Of a DNA stretch of 64,000 bases, positions 12,153 to 26,200 are shown piece by piece; positions within the stretch are counted from its first letter, which is position 1; the number at the start of each line of letters is the position of its first letter. A program made the position numbers and the translations under genes. The notes beneath the pieces were generated by a model. That model was not told the origin of the DNA and did no database searches. It saw only the letters and a list, made by a program, of their open reading frames with translations. Source of the stretch: Lingula anatina (Eukaryota; Animalia; Brachiopoda); NCBI GenBank assembly GCA_051362555.1, contig CM120645.1:13206001-13270000 (forward strand), written 5' to 3'.

Positions 12153-15100
12153 CTAATCTTTGTTTTTCTTGTGTTTCTTTTTCTCTTTTTTCTTCTTCTT
12201 TTTACTGTGCTTATGGGGCTCGGCATCTCCCTGGAGATAAAAAGTCATATGCTTTAAAAAAATAATTTTTAACATACAATTTTAACTACTCTCTGTGAAA
12301 TAGAAAACTGCAAGTCCATGCACATTTGGACAAAAATGTTGACTGCCTTCATGAGAAAATGAAATTTCTTTTCATCAGATTATTCCTTCCACATTCATAT
12401 AAGACTTATGGTCAATCCCTGGTACTCTCATCATATTTATTTTAAAATAATTTTCAGCAAATTTATTGTCAGATAGAAAAGGGGGGGGCATAGGAATCTC
12501 AAAACTTTCTTTATTATTCACTGGAACTTTTTCCCTTTACTTAACTTCATAATAAGTTTGAGGTTGCAAAAAGTGAGGAACTCTTGAAAATAAAAACTTG
12601 TTTTTAGACAAGATTAGTTTTTAAATTGTTGTTGCTGTACCTGGTTATATTCTGCCCCTGCATCAATGCTGTTGCTGAGAGCTCCAGTCTCGTTTGCATC
12701 CTCTGCAACTTCTCTTTCCTTTGCTTTTTTCTTCTTTTTCTTCTTCTTTTCAGTCTTTTTCAGTTCTGAATGCACTTCAAAGAAATCACAATTATATGAA
12801 GTTGAAATATTACATATAAGATAAAAGAATATATTTCACATGGCATACAATTGCATAATTTCACAATCTCTTGAAATTTTACATAAATGAGAATGCTGTG
12901 GAATAAGTACCAACTTTTAAGTACTAACAACTTGAAGCATTACTTTATACTATTCAAATGCATAATCTTATGATTTAAAATGCATCAAACACCATTGCTT
13001 CAACAGAAAGAACATACCCTTTACAGCCTTCACAAAGAAAGATTTTGTTTTTTATTGATAATAGGAACCACATAAAAATAAACTCCACTTACCACTGCAC
13101 ACCATTTCCACTGGTGAATCTAAAATTTATGGAAAAAAATTATGCATCTTAAATGAACAAAATTATGGCATTTTTTAAAAATTAGAATTTTTTTCATGGA
13201 AACCCGTTCTCCTCGAATATTGTCTTTAGAGATTCATTTTTTTCATCCTAAAGAGAATGAGGCAAATGATGTTAGATTACCTGTATGTGCAGATATTTTC
13301 AACTGCTCTTTGCTGCAGTCTTTTCTTCTCAGACTCGATGTTGTTTGTTATAATCTTGTTCTGCGATGTCATTTAAAAACCCTTTTCAAGTCACCTGATA
13401 TTTTTTTTAAAAGATATCTTCCCCATAACACTTACCTGATCCAAATGGCTGAAATCTCTGCCTCAGCCCAGGTGGAAGGTCATAGTTCCTGACCACTGGT
13501 TCTGGGATCTGGACACTGGGCACTTTGACTGTCTCCACAATGGTCATACGGCCGGAGAATGGAAGACCTAGGTGTAAGTGATATAAAGTTGATCTGAGAC
13601 TAGAATTACTATAATTTTATTTCTGAATTTTTGAGATAAAAATAAATAATAAGTAAATCCTTTATTCAAAACATTTATCTTTAAGGAAGACCTAGGTGGC
13701 AGATAAAACAAGTTGATCTGAGAATTACTATAATTTTATTTCTTAAGATTTGAGATAAAAATGAATAAATAAATCATTTATTCAAAATATATATATAAAT
13801 TTAAGAGACCAGATTTTCATTCTCTATACACATCATTAACTTTGGGAAGAAGGAGTGGTTTTCATTGAGCATCCCCCCCCCCCCTCTTTCTTTCATAAAG
13901 CTCAGTCTGATGTAATCCCTATCAACTTAGTTGTTGGACATAATGCAAAAAATCCAGCGACTTTGAGAACATTCATTTCCACATAAGGGGGGAGGAAATC
14001 TTCAGAAATGGGAGAAAATTTCCATCCTTGATCTATATTTTGCCATTTACCTGTTTTCAGTTTCTGGTCAGTTTTCCTTGGCAACAGAAGGTTCAGGTTG
14101 GAAGTCTGGGGAAATAATGACTCATTAGCAAATAACTATATTAAATAAATAAATAAATAGATAAATAAAACTGAGCAATTACCACTTTATTTTGTTTTGG
14201 TATCAGTATTTTTATGTTAACAACTGTGCATTGTTGTAAGTATAATGGTTGTAATTTCTCATATTTATATTTATGTATTTATTTATTTACTAAATTGTTA
14301 TCAACAACTGTGAGATTCATTCAAAACCAAGTAAACAAGAATCGATTGTCTTGTGATACCAGTTAAGACTGTCTTAAGTCTAAAGTTGGTCCCTACAATA
14401 CCTTAAGTTATCCCAACAAATGATGTACAATACTCACTGAAAGACTGTCATCTCTGCATGATAAAACTTCATATGTTCTTTCCTAGGGGAGAAGCAATAA
14501 TTACAATTAAAATGTGGAGGAGTGAAAAATGTAATATTTTAATTATTAAACATATGCAAACAGAATATATGTAAACAGATAACAGAAAGTTTATGAATGT
14601 ATTCAACTATATCATAGTTGCCAAGTGTCCAAGATATATGATACGAGACCCTCTAAAATCTTCAATCATTGGTTCCCCCTGACATAGACATCTGAAAGCC
14701 CTGTTCTTCCAGAAAAAAAAAGATTTCTAATCTGCAAGGATTTAAATCTACACTTTGAAAATGATGACATTTCTTCAGCTTCTTAATGCTGACAACTCAG
14801 CAGCAGATCTTAGACCTCAAACAACATGCAAAGGCAAAATCAGACAAAACAACTTCCATTTATAAACTAGTCTAAATCTACATGCTAAAAAACTAAGAAC
14901 TTAAGTCTTGTAAACCAAAGCTCTCTCTTTAAAACATCACCCACAAGTAGACCAAATCCTCGGCTTGCCTTATCTCCATTCTTCAAGGGTTGTGACCCAT
15001 TTAGTATAACACCCTGGCCATCCATCTGACTGACATCAAACTAAAATAAGACAAATATCCATTATTACATGTGGCTGCATTATGTTATATCTATTTATTT

Positions 15101-17672
15101 ATTATTACTTTTTTGTTGTTGTTGTTTTATTTTATTTTTTTTAAATATATAGTTTTCGTATAAATGTTCAAAACAAAGATTCATGATTCACTGGCCACAT
15201 ATGATACATGCACTTGTTTCTTTTTCTTTTTTTATTCTACTAGGAAATATGCATCAATGAAACAGCCATTGAGCATACCCAGTATCACTCTTATTTCATC
15301 AATATAACGACAAACAAAAGCCATAAAACTCACATCTACTGGAGTCTGTATCAACCAAAGCTCTTTTCCCTCCTTCATCACATCTTCGAGATAAATTCTG
15401 TGTTTACTGGGAGTAAAATTAAACTCTGTCATATCCTCAGGGACTGCAAACCTGAAGTAAAATTGGCAATACAGATTACGGTTTCAACCCTTGGCAAAAT
15501 GAAAAGTTTTTGGCAAGGAGTTTGCAAGAAAAATTTGTATTGTTGCAAATTTGCAGCTTATTTTCTGCAAATCCTTTTTGCACATTTTTAGCAAATTTGA
15601 GGCAAATTTGCCAGAGAGTTCACAACAGGCCTGATATTTTGCTAACAGAAGCTACCTGCTACTATGTGTGTCCTGCATAAGATTTTTTACACTACCAAAA
15701 GGAAACTTGCTATTATGATAAAACAGCAAGAAAATGGAAACCTAAATAAACCTATTTTAATCCCCAAGACTGATAAATTCCAGATGTTTGACAAAAGGCA
15801 AAATGATATGCATCCACATAAAGAACTAGATCATACCTGAGTTGTCTTTTCTTGCCACCAGATGGCGCTGGTGTACCCTGTACATCAGGAACCTCCACCT
15901 CACTGTCACTGCTCTCTGACATATCCTGTACTTTGGAGGCACTTTTACTGTGACTACCCATCCCACTCCCTGCCTTCCCTGCTGGAGAACACTTCTGTGA
16001 CGGCTGCACTTCTTCCTCAGAGTCATCTGAAGACCCTTTATGGTCTTTACTCCCAGAAACAGGAAGCCTCCTTTTTCTCGACTTGTCTAAGCCCTGAGAG
16101 TCAGTCTCATTCAATCTTGGCCGCTCTTCTGCATCTGAAGACATCTCATGGTCATTAGTTTGCGAGATGTCAGGGTTCTCATTATTTAATGGGACTGAAA
16201 TGTCCAATTCATGTTGGTTTGCTGAAAATTCACTGCTGATTACAGACTTCTGTGCTTTATGTACACCATTAGTTTCATGATTTTCTGTATTTCTACCTTC
16301 AATGGCACCTTTTTTAGTTTTACTTGGACTTTTAAAAACAGCAGACAGAGTGTCATCTAGCTTATTTTTGTTTTTGTCACCTTTCTCTTTTTTCTTTTTC
16401 TTTGCTTTGCTTGGGCTATCACTTATGTTCTTTTTTGCTGTTTCCACATCATTAAGAGAATCAGAGGTTGGCATCACTTTTTTAAACTTAGCCGGACTAG
16501 TTACAATGTTTTCCATGAACCTTTTCTTAGGTAAGTGTGCTTTCCTTGGTGAACCATGCAGAGAAAATGAAACCTCACTTGCAGCATCTGAAAACTGGGA
16601 ATCATATGCAATTTTCTTAGCAAGATCTGACAAGTCCTGATCAACATCTGACTGTGGCTCATTATTAGGATTTAAAACATTCTCAGCCTTATTGTTTTCT
16701 TTTTTTTTCTTGGGTGAAGCTTTTTCCCTGAGAGCTGATTTTGGGCTCAAATAGGCAGTGATTTTAGCTTGTGATTCAGTTTTGATTTTCTTTGTCTTTG
16801 GAGTGGCAAATTTAGAATTTGGGAGCTCAGTGTCACTCTCTGATGAAGAGGCCATAGGTTGACTGGCAGACTTCCCAGAATGCAGCTGTGCAGATGGCCT
16901 CTGCCTCTTGCGTTTCGATGTTTCTGATTTTCCAGACAGCATTTGAGTTTGTTCTCCCTCTTCACTTTCAATAGAAGAAGATGATGAAATAGTGTGAAGG
17001 TTTTCCTTTGTCTGTTCCTCAACTAATGGTTTGGTGGGAACCTTTTTTACTGGCACTTGTACCTTTGGGTTCCGTAGCACTTCATCGCTGTCTTCAGAGG
17101 AAGTAATGGGTTGAATACCAGAAGACCCAGACTTCAATGATGTCTCTGAAAAAGTGAAGTCATAGCTAGAAACATGGTCCTTCAGAAGCTGGCTTGCACT
17201 TAGGATTGGGTTGTGCTTCTCTTCTTAGTAGTAATTTACTTATAATGATAAAAAGCATCTAAAATCTGTTTAAATGTTTTTCACCTGAAATAATTAACTT
17301 GATTTTTATATATGCTAAGAAAACACACACACACAAACACAAGAGCCATTAATTACAATTCCAGAAACAATGAAATCTTTCTTTGATTTTACACATTATA
17401 ATCCCTTGTTATCTCATTTTTTCCTAACAACATGCAAAAATGCCAATGCTTGTTTTATTATTGGCTCAAATACTACAATGACACTTAACTGCTACATGAT
17501 AAAACAAACAATTACTTTCACTTTTCTCTGAGCTTTTCTTTTTCTTGTGCTTTTTCTGTTTACCGATCCCCTCCTGGTCACTGACTGTAGAGTTGTTTGA
17601 CTCTTGGCTGGACACTTTGGTCAGAGGACTAAAAAAGGCAAACTTTGGGCTAATTTCTGAGCGTTTGCTCAT
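12153..17672 (-). CDS. POLR1G: RNA polymerase I subunit RPA34/PAF49 (CD3EAP), 10 coding exons, ~708 aa
   Basis: Exons 17672-17516, 17145-15837, 15451-15334, 15040-14969 (GC donor; alternative GT donor ends at 14945), 14482-14438, 14105-14051, 13567-13436, 13119-13093, 12774 (or 12765)-12641, 12230-12153; all phases join. Motifs KELWLIQTPVDFD, LNGSQ, YEVLS and LPPGLRQRFQPFG match the A34/PAF49 dimerisation domain (human ELWLIQAPADF...PPGLRPRFCAFG). Lys-rich C-terminal tail. Confidence 0.88.
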
Positions 17673-18419
17673 CCCTAGTGTGGAGCTGTATGTAACAGGC
17701 CTAAAATGGTGAAATATATGATGTAAAAATACAGATCCCACAGTCAGGGTACTATACACCAGTCCTGAACTGTATCTGCAGGTACACAGCTAGTACAAAT
17801 TAAGTGTCATGCATTAGAACTCCTATTGTAGTTTCTGATATGTACTAGACATAGTGCATATAGGGAATTCTAAATAAGAGTGCTATCTCAGGAAACTTTG
17901 TGCTACTGTACATGTACGAGTGCCCTCACCAAAATGCTATTCAGCTACATGCATGCACATGTAGTTTTGAGTACTAACTGTATACTGTACTTGTAGGACT
18001 AGTATTTTAATACTAAGTATAGTGTTGACAACTGCTCGCACCCAGTTTCAGTGTTGCTTTTGAGAGAACATAAAACTTTAAGAGAGAGATGCTGGGATTC
18101 AAAGCATAATAGCATTACAATCACTATAGTCTCAGAAATAGGAAATTTACATGTAAATGCAACTACAGTACAGTGTACAATGTTTGATTACTGCCGCACT
18201 GCCGATAATAGTAATATGGTTAACAGGGATAGATAACAATTAAATTGAGATTTTAGAAAATCTTTAACAACTGACATGATTTGCTCTCTTGCACTTGAAA
18301 GTCAAAAGCTTAATGAGAACCTGTATCTTATAAATATTACAGTGTAACTGTGCCTCTACTCTGGAGACAGTGAAGTGCACGTTGGACTTTGAATGATTTA
18401 AATCAAATAAACAACCTAC

Positions 18420-18870
18420 ATACTATTCAAATCTAAAGGAGTTCAAATTGAAAAACAACTAGTTCGTCTAGACACCGTATACATATTTATAGCAACGAGC
18501 CGTCGCAAAAATTGCATAATACCTGTTATGATCGATCGCACGTGTCGATGCACGAGTAATGCAACCGGAAGAAGAACTCTTTTGTTTAAAGGAAGGTAAT
18601 ATGTCTTCTGAGGGCAACAGGGATTATGCTGATAAGAAGAAAGATGGTTAAAATTTCTGGATTTAAAAATATCAGAGAAAGTAATTAGTAGCATACATTT
18701 GATATTATTATAGAAAAAATAGTAAAGGTATTAGAAATTTTGTACTAGTAATACAAAATTGACATATAGTGCTCAAGTTTTTCCTGTTCCCTGTGTTAGA
18801 AGCAGCTGGCGCTAATCTCAAAACAACATTTGTAGAACCGGTCAGCAAGAAGAGGAATTTTCAACCTTGT
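18420..18870. promoter_or_regulatory. Candidate bidirectional promoter (POLR1G / LRRK2)
   Basis: Local CpG cluster at 18464-18570 with E-box CACGTG (18539) and ETS-like CCGGAAG (18565). A minus-strand donor lies at 18419 and a plus-strand donor CTT|GTAAGT at 18869. No transcript evidence. Confidence 0.45.
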
Positions 18871-20662
18871 AAGTAGTAGGTCGCTTGTGCTTGTTATATA
18901 CTTTTCAGTTGAACGCATTTGGTTGATCTGTTAAATATGTCAATTTGCGAGCGATTTTTTACCCACATTTTTCTCTTGCATTGTTTGAATTTGAGGGGTG
19001 TCACAATGTCAAGCTGACGGCAGTGACACGATAAACGTTATCATGTGTTATCACAAGTGTCAAGTGGCAATTGTTATCTTCATACCGACTCTTTTTTTCC
19101 CAAAAATTATAATTTTTGACAGTTTAAAACAAGAAAATCAAATTCATTCGCCTGCCCATTTAGGAGCAAGTCCTTTCTCCATGAAATTGTTAAATTTCAC
19201 TATAATGCTTTGTCTGCCTGAGCATTGTTATTATCTACAAACCCACAATGAGTGTAATTGAGCCACGTTTCAGCTCTCGTGATATTTCTTTTTAAAAAAG
19301 CTATGTTTGAAAAAATCAGTTTTGATTTTGAAGAGAAAGTAGAATGGATTTCTCTATGCAGCAACAATTTTTTCTCCAGTGAGCCTGCCATTCAAAGGAA
19401 TTAGACAAAAAATCACTTGCTGAGTGTAAATGGCTATCAGCTCATGAGGCTTACATGTCTGTCACGCCTACCGAATCAGCTAGGGTGTAAAGATAATTAC
19501 CCCCCAAACAGCTTTACTAGGTGTGACAGACATTTGAGCCGGTTACGTCGATAGCAAATACTGTTATTAGTATCATTATTATTTGTAGTAATAGTGGTAG
19601 TAATAATAATAATAATAATTTTCTTTCTTTCATTCTTTCTTTCTTTCTTTCTTTTCTTTTAAAGCTCTCTCTTAACAGAAAGAATGTAAGGGGTGAGTGA
19701 TAGTTCAAGAACTTTGGTCCAGTACTTTGGTCAGCTCTTTTCTGGTCAGTCTGGGAGAGGCCAACAATAGGTCAAGGTCAAATTTTTGATTGGCATGTTA
19801 AAGTGACCAGAAGCTTCATTCTTATTTATAGCTTTGCATTATATTATCTCATTGTGCTCAGTCTTTCTTAAAATTCCTTGCAGCCAGACAGCTGCATTGC
19901 TTTGGTCAAAACAAAATTGGAAGCAATGGCTATTGATGAAGTTGGCCTAAACAAACAACAAACAAACCTGCATCGTTGAAAATAACCCCTCCCCCATCTT
20001 CAGCAGAGTTGAAAAATAGATATGTGATATCCATTTTTGAATTGGACAAAATTCCTGTTGTTAAATCGTATACCTCTTGAACTTTGAGAAGGAAAAACAT
20101 GTTGTTGTTGTTATTGCAACTCTCTTCTCCTCCCCCCCCCCCATTTTTATTTCCGCAACCCCATATTGTGATTTCAGTGCCACAACAAATAAGTAGTAAA
20201 TTACATAAGAAGTAGTATTATGTAATACTCTTTAAATCTTATAAATATAGCAGGTGTGACAGTCTATTTAGTGTCATTGCATGGCAGACAGAAAAAGAAC
20301 TCAGATGATGTACCAGGTAGGCTGACGATGAATGTTACTGACAATTTTTATGAAAGTTTTTTAATGCATTTTTGAAAATGTAAAAATTTTAATATGATGA
20401 AAACATATTTGTGCATGTTTATCATTATCACTATTCAAAGAATGGTGTCAATCATTATTTTCAAACTAAAATACTGCTCTGGTTTTAAAAACCAGCCTGA
20501 TTGGATTGTTTTACTTGAAGTTATGACTATTCAATTTTTTTATCAGTTATTATTCTCAAGGTGTAAAGCTGAATTCCAATTGGTCTGAAACCCTGTGCTA
20601 GTCTAATGTTTTGTATGCCAGTAACAGATAGTAACTAATTAAAATTTAGCATTATATTGCAT

Positions 20663-20824
20663 CAGGCCTGTGGCCATTGTGGGTTCAAAAGAACCACCCA
20701 GTTTGTCAGGAAAAGGTCCATTCTGGGTAAAATTTGATATAGTTACACAGGGGTTTCATTGTAAAAGGTCCACTTTTTCAGAAAAAAAGAACCCCCCTTT
20801 TTGAAATTGCTGGCTACGGGCCTG
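20663..20824. mobile_element. hAT-type MITE with 5-bp TSD
   Basis: TIR CAGGCCTGTGGCCA / TGGCTACGGGCCTG, with TGCAT on both flanks. Confidence 0.7.
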
Positions 20825-23259
20825 TGCATTAAAATTGACAAGAAAGGAATTTCGTGCATTTTCATCATGAAAGTAGTTGTTCATCATTTTTATGTCACTT
20901 TTCCTGTCAGTTTTGTCATTTATATATACCATTACATCCGGCAGCTTTTCTTCCTTGATTTCTGTTTTAGAGTTGAGTCCATTCAAATTTTACATTAAGT
21001 GCATGTTTTGATGGAAATTATGTTTTTTACCCTGCTATAACAACCACATGGGTCAGTTCAAGAGACTACATGTTGACTCGTTTCCTCCAACAAATGTCAG
21101 AGTATGTCACTTTGACTGCGCTCACAAGACTGAATTTTATGACTCACATCCATTGTTTGCCTTCATTATAAACCACTGCTTACCTGCATATGTATTGTAA
21201 ACAAAAATCATATGACTTACAGATCACATGACCACCTGAATATTTTCACGTCTTCTGCTAAATTTTTGTAATATACCTGAGTGAGCATCTTGATAGGAAT
21301 GTACCAGATTATACAAGTGCATGTAATTGACTTGGAGGCAACCTATAAAAGAGGGTGTGTGGCCCCCACCCCTACCCCCAGCCAGCCATCCCAAGGGCCT
21401 GGGAATTCCCCTTTCATGTTAAGGTGAGGTTGTAATCTATAAAGTTCTGATTATTGTTGAGCTGATATGATAAGACCAAACATGCTTTTGTAAATGTTAT
21501 AAATATATGGTAGTTATGCAGCGAAGTGTCATTTTTCAAGGTCAATCTTGTTGAAAAGGTGATTTCTGCAGTAATGTATGATTCAAGAAAGGAAATTTTA
21601 ATATAAAAAATTTGATATTGACTAAATGAATAAGTGATAGCATGACATGTCCATGTGTTTGAGCATGCTTGTGTGATACCGTCTTAGGCTCAAAAGAAAT
21701 TTCAGGGTTTGTTGATTGGCAAATTAAGGTGAATAAATAAATGGAAAAAATCCCCCCAACACTTTTTTGGTTAAAATTTGTATAAACACTTATAATGACG
21801 ATCATTATTAATATATCCAAATATCATTCATTTTAACAAAATTTAAATAAAATTTATCTGGTATATTTAATATAACAAATGACCGATGAAAAAAAATAGT
21901 CTTTAAGTTGAAGGCTGTGCTATAAATAGTACTGAAATTCAGCTTTTATGTAAGATTGAGTGAGGGCAAAGAGCATACATACTAATGCCCCCAGTTAGTA
22001 TTGAAGTCGTAGGCTGGTGACAAAACACAATGAAGATGTCACTTTGTCTCGTCTGGAGTAAATTTAGCAGGATGTTTTTCCGACTTATTTCGATTGTAAA
22101 ATTGGCGGAACTGAGCATACTTAACATCCAATGTCAAGAGCACCCAGAATGATGTGGGGATGTTATTTACGCAATAACAATAGTACGTAAATCTGCACCT
22201 GGCTACCCACAACAACAAACCTGAACACAAAGCTGTCAAATGTACAGATGTAAAAGCAAAAAAGTGATGCCAACAGTAGGGGATTTAGTCAATTTTGATG
22301 CAATATATAACATATTGTTTATTTACAGCCCAATCAACACCGATTTTTAATTATCTACTATATGTAACAATGATATTCTGAAAATGTAATAAGCATATGG
22401 CTTCATACCCAGCTAGGGGAGTTCAGTCACACCTTGAAAATAAGAATAAAATACGAAAATTTCACAAAAAAATGCATTGCTTCAGAAAAATACTCTGATC
22501 AGGCTGGTTTTTTTTTTTTTTTTTTTCAAATTCCATTTGTATTTTTATAATATTGATCACTCTTATAAGTTTGAAGACAATAGGCAAACAGATTTTCTGC
22601 TTAATGTGTTTTTTTGTATTGGATGTACCGGTATATGGTAAAAAGAGTAAAAAGAAAAAAGAACAGCATATCATTTGGACAAATGGTTCGGTCAAGCTAT
22701 TTATGAACTCGACCCATATTGAATGGATATTCATCAGTTGTGTAAGTTTGAAGATAATATGGAGGCAGGTGATGGCCATATGTAAAGACACGGTGAGTCT
22801 GTTCATAAAAATACCCTTTGAAAGATATACAGAGAAACATTTGAGATGACAGAAAGCATTCAATGAATAAGTCTTTCTTTCTCTCTTTCTCTCCTCCCCT
22901 TCTTGCAGGTGTTTTCTGTTTTCTGCCTCACTTATTTCTGGCTGGTGATTGTTTGGGTATACCCTGATGTCATAGATTGTTTTTTTCCAGGCCCAGGTGT
23001 TGTATTTTGGTATGCTTCACTTGCTGCTTAATACACAATGTTGTGGAGAGCAAATAGCAGTGTCAAAAAAAACAAGTTAGAAATCCATAGCCAGCTTGTT
23101 GATTTTTCTTTTCAATTTAGGAAGCGGTTCGTGAAAATCAGGGTAGCGTGTTTTGCACTTCTCAACCTATCAGGTGAAAGTTCAATAACCGAAAAGTTTT
23201 CGTAACTAGTGACTTGAAAGTTGAATGACCTTGCTTTAATGTGTTTTACAGTCTACATG

Positions 23260-26200
23260 TAGTCCAAGAAATTGGTGCAGAAAAAAGGGTGAATTGTGCG
23301 TTTTTTACCTACAAGCATGAAATTTGCCACAGTTGTAGATAATGGAATTCTAAGCTTTTTTGGATATATGGGCATGTCTGAAAATTCCAGTATGGCCGCC
23401 AAATCCAATATGGCCGCCACAAATACTCTTTTAAATTAAAACATCTAATATATAGTCCTAAAATGGTTTAGAATATCATTTTATAGCTGGAAAATATCAT
23501 GCTATGAATGAATTATCAATATCCGCTTCTACAGGTGTATAGAATTCCAAAATGGCCTCCAAAAGTAAAATAAGCAGTTTACTTACGCAAAATATGCAGC
23601 AGTTTTGTAAAATCATCAAGAACTTACAATTACAAGCATAAAAATTGGCACAGTTATGTAGATCATGATTCTAAGCAACGTTGGATATAGGGGCATGTCT
23701 AAAAATTCCAATATGGCAGCCAATTTCAATATTGCTCCCAAAATACCCTTTCAAGGTGAAAGTCATTTGTATAGTCTTTTATAAAAATATCATTTAATGG
23801 TTAGAAAATACCATTGTATGTATGAAGTATCAGTATCTGCCACTTAAGGTTTTAAAATTCCAAAATGGCCTCCAAAAGTCAGCAGACCACAACTATTAAA
23901 TTGTAATCACTCGTGAATAGGCATGTGGGCTTTGCAAACTACCTGTATAATCAGCATATTCCTACCTGTGCAGGAGCTATTCTACAGAGTTTTTAAAAAA
24001 ACCATCAAGCATGATACATTTATTATGTACTGAAAACAGTCCTTCTTTTGATAAACCAACATAAGTAGTTTGACTTTTTGCTCTGGATTCTCATTTAGAT
24101 CAATTCCCAGTTAGCAATCTTCTTATATGGCACTCATGAGTGACTCCCCCTTTCTAAGAAAAAAAGTAACATGCAAAATCCATGAAATGTGAAAGAAACA
24201 CCGGAATAACTTAGCCTTAAAGAGGCAAATATAAAAAAAAACTTGGGGTGTATCAATTTTGTCTGTTGGTTATGATTCTTCAGCTAGATCAGTGCATGGC
24301 GCTTCATCAAATGCTCATAAATATAACAAAAATGACAGCTAATCAAACATACAGGTCTCAACAATTTGGTGTTTTTCATTGGTAAAGTACTAAAAGCGGG
24401 GCACATTTGCACTCGATAATGTTATGATGTTATCTTGTGCTTCAAAAGTAAATTAGAAAAGCTTCTTATTTAAAAAATTGGCTTTAGTACATTCGCAGTA
24501 ATGGCTACTGAGAATTTAGTGAACATTTATGAGCAAAGAAATACCTGTACCCCAAACAGAGGGCAGGTGTTGATACGTGCTGTATCCAAGAGTTGCATTG
24601 CAGACTTCACACTTCGTGCACTAAAAAAGAAGCACTGATAGGCGCCAAACTTTGGTTTTCATTTGATCATTTGGTAACTTGTTTAGTTACAAACTTATAC
24701 TTTCAAAAAACTGAACATGAAAATAAAAGAATTTAAATCCTCCAGACAGTTAATACATACAAAACTTCAAAAAACGATGTATTCTGAGGATTACACCAAG
24801 AAATTAGTGCAATATGGACTTTGAAAGGTAAAAATTCATGAGATTTCCGACATCATTGTCTCTGTGGGACAATCCAGAATGAAGCCATGAGGAGTATTCA
24901 CTTACCCAGCTTACAAAATCTACCAGGTAGCTCCTACCACATCTGTTTGTAGTTATGTGTGCAGTTGCTAACTGTGGTGAGGGGAGTCAGAAGCATTGGA
25001 AGACTGGTCCTATAAGGGTTCACACTAGTAACCTACATCTACTAATATGCCCTTCCACACTTTCATGTTCCTATGGACCGTCATGCATGTAAACTGAGTC
25101 AGAAGCATTGGAAGACTGGTCCTATAAGGGTTCACACTAGTAACCTACATCTACTACTATGCCCTACCACACTTTCATATTCCTATTGACCCTCATGCAT
25201 GTAAACTGATGCTTTCTGGTGTTAAAAACGACCAATGCCTCTTGGTATTTTGTTGGGGAAAGTGGATTACATGTAGAAGCTTTAGCTTTAAGGTAATACT
25301 GGGAAAGCTGAGGGAAACACAACTACTAGTAAAGCTAGGCACACATTAATGAATGAAAATTATTTAACCAAATAAGTAGAAATTTCGGTGTAGCTAGCTG
25401 TTATCCTCTGTTGAGATATTGTCCATTTACTAAAGTAAAAGGTTGACCGCCCATAAAATGTGCAACACTTACTTGATAAAATAACTTTCGTTAATTTGAA
25501 ACTTATTTGTGAAAATACCTTGACATTTTCATATCCTTGACATTTATAGAGTTGCTGCATGTGGTGTCACAACTAGACCAAAAGGAGTCCTGTTCCATTT
25601 TTTATGGTCATTTGGGTCTAAATGTAACTAAAGGAGCGAAAAACCAAAAAAGAGTAAAGGCTGTTGTCAGTCAGATTATATAGTAGTCTTTTTTTACTTT
25701 AAAAGGGTTTTAGTGGCCATATTAGAATAATCAGACATGTCCTTATATAACAAATTGCTTAGAATCCTGTTCTGTACAATTGAGCCAATTTTCATGCTTG
25801 TAGTTTTAAGTGCATGATGAATTCACCATACTGCTGCTGTGAGTGGCCTGTTTTTCTTATTTTTGGAGGCCATTTTGGATTTCTATACACTTAAAGAATC
25901 AAATATTGATACTTCATGCATACCATAGTCTTGTCTAACCATAAAATGTTATCTTAAGTTATTATAGGATTATATATACTTGAAGTTTTAATTTGAACGG
26001 GTATTTGTGTCGGCTATATTGGATTTGGGGGCCATATATTGAAATTTTTAGACATGCTCATACATCCAAAAGTGCTTGGAATCCTGTTTTACAACTGAAC
26101 CAAATGCCATGCTTGTAGTTTTTGATGAATTAACCACTCTGCTGGATATCTTGGATTAGTAGAGTGCTTTTTACTATTGGCGGCCATTTTGGATTTAATT

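Noticed and set aside
22462-22863. Overlapping 133-aa and 98-aa ORFs as a fourth gene
   Set aside because: AT-rich and low-complexity, with no splice-consistent partner exons or known motifs.
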